This document shows positions 22,845 through 33,618 of a DNA stretch of 64,000 nt, one piece after another. Below the pieces are notes generated by a model that worked only from the letters and a program-made list of their open reading frames with translations, made no database searches and was not told the DNA's origin. The position numbers and the translations under genes were made by a program. Numbering within the stretch: the first letter of the stretch is position 1; each line of letters opens with the position of its first letter. Source of the stretch: Puccinia triticina (Eukaryota); NCBI GenBank assembly GCA_026914245.1, contig CP110439.1, forward strand, positions 6,076,001 through 6,140,000, in the 5' to 3' direction.

Positions 22845-24876
22845 GGTCATTGAGTGGGGTGTCTATCTACTTGATGGCCAGACTGGGTCGTTGGTGTGTA
22901 TCCACTCAATGACCCGGTCCGGTCATTGAGTGTATATCCACTCAATGGCCGGACCGGGTCATCAAGTGGATACACACTCCACTCGATGACGGACTTGTTC
23001 ATTGAGTGCACACACCCCACTTGCTCCACTCAATGACCCGGTCCAGCCATTGAGTGGATACACACCAATGACCCGGTCCGGTGTGGTGGCCCCTCTTGTG
23101 GCCAGCTAGTCAGAAGCATCACCGCCGCCAGCAAGATCATCAAGTTTCCTCTCTCATCAGGATTTCACTTCAAGATCCTCAAGACCTCAAGAATTCACCG
23201 CTCCCCATCTTCCCTCATCTTCCAACCTCCTTCAAGATCTTTCCCCCCTTCTTCCTTCTTCCTCCTTTCCATCTTTCCATCTCCTCTTCCCTTCTCATTC
23301 CCCTTCTCCTTCATCCTCAAAATCCCCCTTCTTCTCAGTCTCCATCCCTGTTTCATCTTTCTTGGTCCTAACACAGCATCTGCTGTGGGTTTATTCCCTG
23401 TGTTTGTTTCTGGTGTCTTCCCTTCGGCTTGTTCTTGTCTGTTTGAGTGTTTCTGTCTCCTCTTTTCTCCTTTCCTTTCTTTTTCCTCTTTCCTCTGGTT
23501 CTTCTTCTTCTGTCTCATCTCACCTTGATTTCCTCATTTCTCTGTGTGTGTTTTCTCTTTCTTTGATTCTTTTGTTTTTTGTGTGTGTGTGCGCGCGTGT
23601 AGCGCGCGGAGGAGATGATGAAATACATGTGACATGTGGCTCTCCCGGAGTCCAAGTTTGCTGAACTTGGATGATGGGAGAGGCATGGCATTCTGATCCC
23701 CAGAATACGGACCATCAAGATTCATAGATCCGATCTTCAGAGTTTTAACCTTTGGGCTCCGCCCGCCGATCATACTTCATCCAGAGCCTTCAGATCCCCT
23801 CCCTTCCTCTTCTTTAAGATCACATTTCCCTTTCCCTCGAAACAAACAACCGCCACCGAGGATCCAACACCCCGGCGAACATCTCAAAACCACCCCCAAC
23901 CAAAAGCTATCCTCGATCTTTTTCCGCGCTCATCTTCACGGACCATCACCCCGAGGGCAGCCTAAACAGCACCCATCCCCTCACACGACTGCCTCCGCTT
24001 GTACGGACAGGAGTCCCTCACCGGTCATTGAGTGGACACACACCAATGAACCGGTCCGGTCATTGAGTGGATACACACCCCACTTGATGACCGGCTTGGT
24101 CATTGAGTGGATAACTACTCCACTCAATGACCCGGTCCAGCTATCAAGTGGATGCACACTCCACTCAATGGCCGGACCAGGACATCGAGTTGAGTAGTTA
24201 TCCACTTGATGGCCAATCTGGTCATCAGGTGGATATTCACTCCACTTGATGTCCCGTTTGGCTCATTGAGTGGAGCGGGTAGCCCACTCAATGACCAAGG
24301 CAAACCAGTCATTGGTGGAGTAGTTATCCATTCAATGACCAACTCGGTCATCGGTGGAGTAGTTATCCACTTGATGACCGGGTTGGTTATCAAGTGAAGT
24401 GTGTATCCACTGGATGACCCGGTCCGGCCATCAAGTGGAGTGCATGTGTCCACTCAATGACCTGGTCCGGCCATTGAGTCGGTATGGATGACCCAATCGG
24501 GTCATTGAGTGGAGTGTGTACCCACTCAATGACCCGGTCCGGTTATCAAGTCAAGTATTTAGTTATCCACTTGATGACTGGCTAGGTCATCGAGTGGAGT
24601 GTGTGCAGTGGATGACCAACCCAGGTCATTGAGTGGAGTGTGTATCCACTTAATGACCAGGTTAGTCATTGAGTGGGGTGTGTGTGTGTCCAATCACCGG
24701 TGTTGGGGAAGAGTTGAGTGTGTACCCAACCCAGTGACCCGTTTTGACCAGCCATTGGATGGAGTTATGCATTCCAGGTGATGACTGGTATTGTAATTGA
24801 CCGGTCATTGGAAGGGGTGCCGTAAAATTTTGCTGGTCCCTGTTGGATGACCAGCAAAGTTTTACCATTTCTGGTG
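22845..24876. repeat. Arrays of degenerate CCACTCAATGACC / GGTCATTGAGTGG units flanking a pyrimidine-rich core
   Basis: Dozens of 13-bp units in alternating orientation at 22845-23080 and 24020-24810. The block ends in CTGGTG at 24876. Confidence 0.75.
23615..23696 (+). ncRNA. Candidate box C/D (U3 3'-domain-like) RNA module, copy 2
   Basis: ATGATGA, CCCGGAGTC, a perfect TCCAAGTT/AACTTGGA hairpin, GATGATGG and TCTGA, closed by a GGA/TCC stem. Confidence 0.45.
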
Positions 24877-24879
24877 GTA

Positions 24880-25495
24880 TAGTACATCAAGCGCGTCTGG
24901 GCACATGCCCCAGTCCCGCGCAGCCAAGCGCCACCGGGGGTTTGGGGGGTGCCCAGAGGGCTTGATTGGGGAGGTCGGGCAGGCGGCGGATCTTGGCACA
25001 TGCCCAAGTCCCGCTTGGCCAACCCCAAGCTCTGGGCCAATGGGATCATCGCGGTAACATATCTAGACTGATGTGTGTACCGGCCATTGGATGTGTCAAT
25101 ATCAAGGGCCAATACACTGCTAGTCTTGGGGAGGAGAGCCCCCATTGAGGAGAGAACTACCCCTCCTCAATGGTTGGTCTGCAAACCGGTCATCAAGAGG
25201 GAGAGACAACTCCCTTCTCAGTGGTCGATATGTCCCTGTATTGGTCATCAAGAAGGGAATGTCTTGATGACCGGTCTGTAGACCAACCATCAAGGATTGG
25301 AACTTCTCTCCTCGATGGCCGGCATCTTTGGCAGCCGTGGCCCCCTTGCTTGGCCTCGGCCCAGCGGGTCTTTGTGCCAAACCCCGCCAAATTGGCCATA
25401 TGCCAAGCGGGGGTTTTGGGTGTGTCACACACGCTTTGGGCTTGGGCTTTTCACCCCCAAACTTGTGCATGTGCCCAGACAGGCTTGATGCACTA
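24880..25495. mobile_element. Non-autonomous TIR element with TA TSD (Tc1/mariner-like)
   Basis: TIR TAGTACATCAAGCGCGTCTGGGCACATGC / GCATGTGCCCAGACAGGCTTGATGCACTA, TA on both sides. Confidence 0.75.
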
Positions 25496-25559
25496 TAATT
25501 TTATGGCACAAATGTGCACCAGCAAGGAAGATTTTATGGGGTCACCAGGAGCCAAAAAT

Positions 25560-27808
25560 CCAATCAAGAACCCCCCTAATATGTTTCAAAAAAGCCTAGA
25601 TCATTATGTACAATTATAAACCTGCGGGCCACTCAGCGGGAATTCCCAATTCCTGGCCAACACCACCTGTTCCGCCCCCCCCCCCCCCCCCGCCCAACCA
25701 GTGCCATAACCACAACCGCATGGCTTCACCGGACCACACACAATCTATACAATCCAACCCCCCCAGGGTGGGGTCATTGGCTGTTCTATTGGCCCTGCTT
25801 GCGCTTCGCGTGGTGGGTCCTGGGTTAGCCATCTTTGTTGTGTTTGTCATTTGCTGATGAATTGTTGCGGAGTGCCCACCCGCTGGACAAGTGAGGTTTC
25901 AGGCTTTTTTGGAAACCCGGCCAAAATGTGGGTGCAGTCATACAGTTCCAGTCTGTATGAGCTCCTTGTTGCGGGGTTTTTTCCTTGAGTCAGGGAATGG
26001 ATGGCCGCCGGGATGGCCGGGGATACTTCTTGACCCTAATCATTCCATTGAGTCTGACCCAATGGGACAAAATTCCCCCTGGGAGCGCGGGTTTGAATCA
26101 AAGCTCAGGTGATAATAATGACTCATTTGTACCTCACAAGTCTGCAAGTGGAGTGATCACGCCAGCAGAGTAAGGTGGTGTGATCATAGTAAAGCAAGTT
26201 AATTGCAGCAACTCGGATGAGACCAGCTTGCTCAAATTTCTTTGCAATCAAACATGAGGAAACAGAAACAAAGGTACATCCTCATGCGCGCGCGAAAGAA
26301 CCTCTCCTAAGTGGTTCTTGGCCCCAAGTTAGCCATAACCGCAAGCATGGCCGATTGAAAGGCCTGGCAGGATTCCACATGCTCAAGTCTGGCCTCTTCA
26401 CGCTCTGCCTTCCGGTCGGCCTCGCGTTGACGCTCGTTTGCCTTGGCAATCGCAAGGGAGACTTCTCAATCTGCCTTGCGATTTGCCTCGCGAGCCCATT
26501 CCCGTTTGAAGCGTTCATTGCGGTTGAGTTCTTTTTGGGAGAGCTGAGATTGGATCGGGTTGGTATGGCGGGATGGATCCTGGTTGGAAATGCTTCTGGC
26601 AGCTGGGCTGTTGCCAAATCTCAACTGCCTGTGGCCGTGTATTGCTGACCAACGGTACAACTAAGTTCTACCGTTGGATTAGTGCAGTACAGTGTTGCAT
26701 ACATGTACTGTATTCCTGTAAGGCCCCAATTATAAACAATAATTGGGACTTTATTGAGAAATAATTGAAACCAAATTGAGATTCACTTTTAACTATTTTT
26801 TAGTTAAAAAAATCAATATCTGCACTTTGCTTCCCACAAGACCTCATGGAGGTCTTTTGAAATGAAAATTTGCTAAAATTCTGTTATTGAGCTGAATACA
26901 GGTGTGTATGATCACTATTGGGCTGTACAACTGAGTTTCAACTCAATAGCCAATACACATGTGCAGGGCATGGGACCGTAGTGGTTTTGGCAGGTGTCTG
27001 GCCCTCTCTTGCCCATCCGACCCATCCAATTTGCCGGCGATGCCCAACCCCAATTGATTGCTGATGGAACCTAAAGTCCAACGGCGACCGTGGATTCCAC
27101 GCTCAATGGTTCCCCACGGCCAAGGGGATCTTGCTGCAGTTTGCTCCGTAGTTCGCCTGAAAGCCATCAGAAGTCTTCCACAGACATGCGGAAGTACTCC
27201 ACAAACCGGATGCTGGGGATGTGGTCGTCATTCCAAGGTTCCCAGCAAGAGGGTCTCTTGAAAGCTGTGCGGCGTGCGCGGATATAGACCTGTTTGGGGA
27301 CTTGGTGCTGCTGGCAGTGATACCATTGCCAGAGAGCAAGGATCTGGATTTGTTTGGGGTCAAGCAGAGGAGGGATCATGGCGAGTATCTTGAACGTGGG
27401 GGTTGGACTGGGAAACTTGCATTATCCCAGCGGCGGATGGTCTTAACAGGGGATACTGCAGTTGAGCTGGCCAGTATTTGTGTACAGGAGGGCAAAATTT
27501 GCCCTATTTTTTTATAATTGTACATCAATTGAAACATTATTGAAGTATTTTTCTTACTAAAAAATAGCTATAATCATAATTTCAAACAATTTTCAATTAT
27601 TTTCAATAAAGTCCCAATTATTGTTTATAATTGGGGCCTAAATTGTTTTGATAACAAAAATTTGAAATTTTTTGATCCCACATGACTTCCTTGAGGGCAT
27701 TTGGGCTATTCTTGAATCTGTACATAAAAAAAATCCAGACAAAAAAAGTTTTGAATGAATTTGGATTTTTTTTCAATAAAATTCCAATAAGTGTTTATAA
27801 TTGGGCCC
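25560..27808. mobile_element. Degraded Harbinger-type element hosting the 26722-27638 insertion
   Basis: Collinear similarity to 28186-29203 and a right TIR GTTTATAATTGGGCCC. It has a coiled-coil-like ORF remnant at 26310-26520(-). The left end is not defined. Confidence 0.55.
26722..27638 (-). mobile_element. Internally deleted PIF/Harbinger transposon with a transposase N-terminal remnant
   Basis: Perfect ~36-bp TIR GGCCCCAATTATAAACAATAATTGGG..., TSD TAA. The remnant reads FVEYFRMSVEDF*WLSGELRSKLQQDPLGRGEPLSVE, resembling HARBI1-type transposases. Confidence 0.85.
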
Positions 27809-28185
27809 TCATCAGCTGTTTGGCTTGGAACTTGGTCACCAGAGCAACAATCAAACATTGCTGGAAACACACTAGGATAACATCAAAATCCAATGAGGAT
27901 AATTCAACCAACAAGTAAGCTACATTCAAATTATTGGTTGGACATATGTTCATAAGCCAATGTCATTTTTTTTGCTCATTTGTACAGCAAAAACACAGAT
28001 GTCGGCATGAATCTAGCGCAAACGAAATTAGAAACCAAAGCAACTAGACTCAAGGCACTCGGGATAGTGAACAAAACAAACCAAACATTGATTTCCGACC
28101 TTCTCAACCCCATTGGAAAGACTCAAGACTATGGTCTTCTCTCACTGGAAGAAATTTTCCAGCTGCATCAAGAGTCAAACAGTAA

Positions 28186-29203
28186 GGGACCAATTATAAA
28201 CAATTATTGGAATTTTATTGTAATATTTTTGAAACTCGTTTGAAACCAAAATCTGGTAAATTTATGTTGCCGATACAGGCCCAATTAAGTTTCAAAAAAG
28301 TCTGGATATGATTGTACAATCATAAACCTGGAGCCCACACAGGCAGAAATCCAAATCCCGAGACAAGACCGCCTGTTGCGGTGTCATCCCCCCTCCCCCC
28401 CCCCTGCAAAACCAACAAACCAGGGCCATCACCACAACCGCACAATTTCAGTCCCTCCAAATGATACCACCACCCCTTGATCCCACACAAATTCATATGT
28501 ATGCCATCTGGCAATGGCAGTAACTCCAGCAAGTACCTGAATATATCTATGTACGCGCCGGATGGACCGCCTTCAAGAGGCCCAATCGCTGGGAGCCATG
28601 GAAAGACAACCGGATACCAGCGGTCAGGTTTGTTGAATACTTCTGAATGTCTTTAGGAGATTTCAATTGTCTTTGTGACAAACTGCAGGGTGAAGTCAGA
28701 TGGGGTTTCTGGTGAGCTGATTGGATTGGGTCTTGTTGTATGGGGGGATATGGGGGGATGGTTGCTGGTTGATGTCGCCAAAAAATCTGCATGCGGCTGT
28801 GTATTGCTTATTGAAGTACAAACTGAGTTGTACCGTTGGACTAGTGCAGTACAGTGTCCAATACACGCACTGTACACCTGTAATTGGTTTGGATAACAAA
28901 TTTTTGAAAATTTTTGTCCCCAAATGACCTCCTCGAGGTCATTTGGGCTATTTTTGAAAAAGTACATAAGAAAAAGTTAGGCCCCGTTTGGAGCCAATAT
29001 AATTGCACAATATAATCTGGAAACTTGTGACATCTGATCAAGTTTTGGCGGACCTGATCAGATGTCACATAGGATGTCATGCAAAAAAACTCATATATTG
29101 CCTGGATTATATCGGCTCCAAACGGGCCCTTAGATAGAAAAAGTTTTGAATGAATTTTGATTTTTTTTGAATAAAATTTTAATAAGCGTTTATAATTGGC
29201 ACC
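28186..29203 (+). mobile_element. Related internally deleted Harbinger element
   Basis: TIR GGGACCAATTATAAAC / GTTTATAATTGGCACC, TSD TAA. The remnant reads TAFKRPNRWEPWKDNRIPAVRFVEYF*MS. Confidence 0.8.
28980..29129. mobile_element. Harbinger-type MITE nested in 28186-29203
   Basis: TIR GGCCCCGTTTGGAGCC, TSD TTA. Same TIR family as 2560-2944. Confidence 0.8.
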
Positions 29204-29399
29204 TAACAATATTGAAGTCCCAGAAGACAAGCCTCCGCCAGTTCCAAAGCCAACAATCAAGAAAATGCAAAGTGCTTTTTCAACTATGTTTAATTATTCA
29301 CATCATGATAATTCCCCCATCTCTCAAAATTTGGAAGATGTCTTAGAAAAATATAGCAAGAATCTTGATAAGGTTTCACTTTGAAATTCTCAACAGTTA

Positions 29400-29556
29400 T
29401 GGTATTCAAAATTGCATATGCCACTGTTTACATAAAATCATAAAGCCCATTTTGGCTGGGAGATGTCAACGTGCATAAAACTTAAAGTGACATCTCCCAG
29501 CCAAAATTGCAGTTTATGATTTTATGTAAAAAAATCTTATGCAATTTTGAATACCA
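29400..29556. mobile_element. 157-bp MITE (TGGTGTTCAAAATTGC family)
   Basis: Palindromic and flanked TTA...TAA, consistent with a TA duplication in TTAA. Confidence 0.8.
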
Positions 29557-29966
29557 TAAGTTATCAATTAATTCTTTCTTAAAAAGCTTGTAGATTAATG
29601 TATGTACCCATGTAGATAGTATGCATATACATACAAAACTTTTCCAGAAATAAAAACCTCTCAAAACCCATGAAAAGATATGGGTTTTGACAGGCAATGT
29701 AAAGGCTTCCCGGATACCCGTCCAAACCCATATAATTTATGGGTTAGTGTATGGGTTATGGGAGGTAACTGCCCAGACCCATAACCTGTGATAACCCATA
29801 GGAAAGTTGTTCTCCGGAGGGTATGGGTTAGGACAGGTTCACTGTAGTGTGTGTGGTTTCCCGGCGGAAGAGTGTTGCTGGGCTGGGGTGGAATGCTGTG
29901 GAACTCTGGCGGGAGGGTCGCAGCCAAACCGAGCCCCAACCACACCATCCACCTCACTCCCCCAGA

Positions 29967-30570
29967 ATGGCATCGATGACACCCGCACCCTCGACGACGC
30001 CCCACCCGGCGATCCTGTATGTCCTGCCGAAGGAGCAGGTCGCCCGGGCGCTCGGCGACTTCGTCCTCAAGGCCCAGGAGGAGGCGCTCTCGAAACGCTC
30101 CAAGTTCACACTCGCCGTCTCCGGCGGATCGTTGGCCAAGACGCTCGTCGACGGGCTCACTGGCCGGGCCGAGGTCAAGTGGGACAAATGGTCAGCCCCC
30201 CCCCCCCCCTCTCTCTGCGCCGTCCGAAAACCACGCCTCGGCTCATCGCTTCCTCCTTCGTCCGCTGCGTCAATAGGGTCGTCTTCCTGGCCGACGAGCG
30301 GGTCGTCCCCCTCGACCACGAAGATTCTAACTACCGCATCGTCCATGAAGGCCTGTTTAGCCAGGTGCCCATCCCCACCGAAAACATCCATCCCATCTCC
30401 ACCGAGCACCTCGACGACCCCGAGGAAGTCGCTCACGACTACGAGAAACAGTTGATGAACGAATTCGCAGGCAAGTATCATCCATCACCTCTCATCATCC
30501 TAGTTTGAGACTCGAACTAGGTATACCCCTGCTTGATCTTGTCCAGCCCAAACAAACATATCCAATATTG

Positions 30571-30607
<37 letters not shown>

Positions 30608-31058
30608 ATTTATCAGGCAAGAATGCGGTGGCGTTTCCCCGCTTCGATCTGATTCTGTTGGGCGCGGGGCCAGATGGCCACACATGTTCGCTGTTCCCGG
30701 GGCACGAGTTGTTGAAGGAAGACTCGGCCTGGGTGTCCTGGCTGACCGACTCGCCCAAGCCGCCCTCGACCCGGATCACGCTCACCTACCCCGTCCTCAA
30801 CCATGCCCACAAGGTAGCCTTTGTCGCCGTCGGCGCCGCCAAGAAAGACGTCATCCAGAACGTCCTCGACTCGCCCCAGCTCGGCCTGCCCTCATCCCTC
30901 GTCAAACCTATCCCCCCCGGCCAGGTCTTTTGGTCAGCCCCATCCCCACCTTCTCTCGTCCTCTGAGCCCCAACTGATCTCTCGCTTCTTCATCTAGGTT
31001 CGTCGACGAGGCCGCTGCCTCGCAGACCCAATACGTCAAGACCGACTTCAAGCTCTGA
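29967..31058 (+). CDS. 6-phosphogluconolactonase (SOL family), 4 exons (29967-30190, 30277-30470, 30617-30932, 30998-31058)
   Basis: Motifs [63 protein letters not shown] and WFVDEAAA. Confidence 0.96.
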
Positions 31059-33618
31059 CTCCTCCCCTCTCCCCCAAAAAAACCCTAAAAAAAGAATACA
31101 GCTGCTGTCGTTTGTTGAGTGCATAGTATGTATTCTGTCCGTTCATAAAATCGATTCTTTGAACAAATACATACATATTAAATATAGAGTAAATTTATGG
31201 ACTGTGTAGAGGTACATGTGTGTATGATTCCCCCATGAAAACTTTAAAAAAAACATGGATTGAAAGGAACAGATCAGCGGGTTATGCTCCATCTATCTGT
31301 TGGTGCTTCCGAGCTGTGTATTGGAGTGTATTTTTTCTGTGGGCCAAGCATGCACGACTCTGTGCACTCCAGAAGATCAAACAAGCCTTGGGTGACGGAT
31401 GTCCAAGCGATCCTCCGCTGCCGACGCCGCGCCGCCCTGGATGTGCCAACTGGGCCTGTTCCTTGTGGGCCATTGATGGCTTGATGCCAGATGGGATGGG
31501 GGGATGCCTGTGAAGGTGTGACCCGTCTCGCCGGAGGCTGGGCATGGCGTGCAGAGTGTGTTGGCCCGCGAGGCGGTTGTTTGCCGTCATAAACTTGACC
31601 CCTGGGACTTCCAGTCCATACCCACAATACATATGCCCCGGCGCTGGCCATGGGTTCCAGCGCTAGTTTCTTTCCATGAGTTCAATTTCCTCGGGCTGGG
31701 TCACATTCGATGGTGTGCGGCATACCGAGTTTGCATTGGGGTGCACTTAACCAGTCTAAATTGGTTGTGCCCCAACAGCTGGCGGTGGGTGGTTTGCCGT
31801 TGAGAAGCAGACTCGTGCAGTTTTGGACTCTTTTTAGCGGCCTGAAGAAGCGGCCAGCCGCTGGTGATCTCTTGCTGACTGCTTGGCCCAGAGGTATTGT
31901 CTTTACCAAAAAGCTTGCACCTCTTTTGCCTCGACTTGTTGACATAAGACATACAGTTCTTTTTTCTCCGGGGTTACATCTGTCAGACAAGGCCGACGCC
32001 GGAAATTACCCTCGGAGCCACCATTCTCCAGTAGATGATGTTGGAGTAGAGCCAGTGAAAATCCGAGCTCATATTCAGAACCAGGGCAGTTTGTAGACCC
32101 TGGCACCCATCCCTCAGCTTTCCAACTCATCGCCCTCTGCTCCAACGGAGGGGCCAACCAAGAACCCGGCCGCTTTCCGACCTGACAGGGAACATGAAGG
32201 CTGTGAGACATCCAAGGCAGAAACACAATTTCAAGTTTTTATATCCTCTTGCATAAATCCATAAAAAAAGAGTGCCGGGTCCAAGATTAACAGGAAAGAC
32301 AATATGTGTTTTTTGCATCTAAGCTGAGTGCAATCCATGGATGAGACCCAAGAGTGATACCATTGTCAGACAGCCTCCATTTGACCTATATCTCAATCAC
32401 CTACATAATTCTCTTTATTCCTGCTTTTATGTACCTTTGGATCTGTTCCATACCCCACTTTTCAAGCTCAATGGCCCAGCCCGGTGTGATTCCTGCCATT
32501 ATCCCTACCCCCAGACAGCCTTCCCCCGTCAACTGGACCAGCCTGGTTGTCAATGGAGTTAAGCTAGTATTTGGTGAGTTTCCCATTTCTGACTCCAACT
32601 CCGAGTCTAAAATCTGACCTCTTTCATTTCCTCTACCTCCCTCCTGTTGTGACCTAACCAGTTAGGTTACATTTAGTGACACTCGCCCCCCCTCAAGACC
32701 ATGTCTATGCAGTAGATACAAGCTGCAGAGCTGGTATGTCCTATTCATTACCATTCATTGTTGTCTCAGTCACCGCACCTCTGCCTTCACAAAAAACATC
32801 TCTGCAAGCCAAATTAATAACACAGCAACTTTTGTGTCTGAACGTGTTGCTCTGACAAATCCCAGTAAGTTGCTCATCACCATTGCAACTCAAATGACAC
32901 AATGTTTGCTAACATCCTTCTTTCTTTCTCCCTCTGCAGATACAATGTTGATTGTCATTGCCTTTTTAGCTGTTTGAGCGTCAATCAGTGGGTTTTTTTT
33001 TTTTTTGACAAACCACCATTAATACTAATCGAATCAACCAACAGTTCTCATGCTCTGCCGCTGCAGTCCCATCTCTAACAATCAAGAATTGGCTCTGGGT
33101 TTTGCTAAATTCAAGACTAAAATGTACACTAAATTTGAAGCACTCAAACATTGTAAGTTGTTGGACTATTATTTGATCTGAAATTCCCTTTGCTGATAGT
33201 TGTTTTCCATGTTGTAGAACACCAAGAAATCCTGGAACTGCTAAAACCAAGCCTTGCTGGTCAAGCAGGGCAGTCTTGACGTCACCGGCTTTGGTTTCTC
33301 TTCCAATCTTCTTTCCGTTTTCTTGTTTTGACTTGTCTTTCCTCTTTTGTATGAACTATTCCACATCCTTTTTCTTTATTTCTCTCCCCCTGGCCGTCTG
33401 TCAACCAGAAACCATTGTATGTACGTATTTAGTTAATCTTGTGCTGATCTCCAGCTGAGCGCACATGAATTGATAAGCTTTTTTGAGGTCTGCATTTCTC
33501 TGTTGGATATGAGTTGAGTCAAAAGAGCACGCACTGGCTGAGTCTCTGCGAATCTCTGCCAGCTGTGAGTCGGAGTCGGAGTCACAAGTCACTTCAATCC
33601 TCCGAGTCAAAGCCAAGT

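Noticed and set aside
8707..23696. TIGR-like tandem guide array
   Set aside because: There are only two dispersed units, the variable segments pair with each other, and no Nop-domain ORF is visible.
31200..33600. Possible decayed gene or transposase
   Set aside because: Only short protein-like stretches were seen and no family was recognised.
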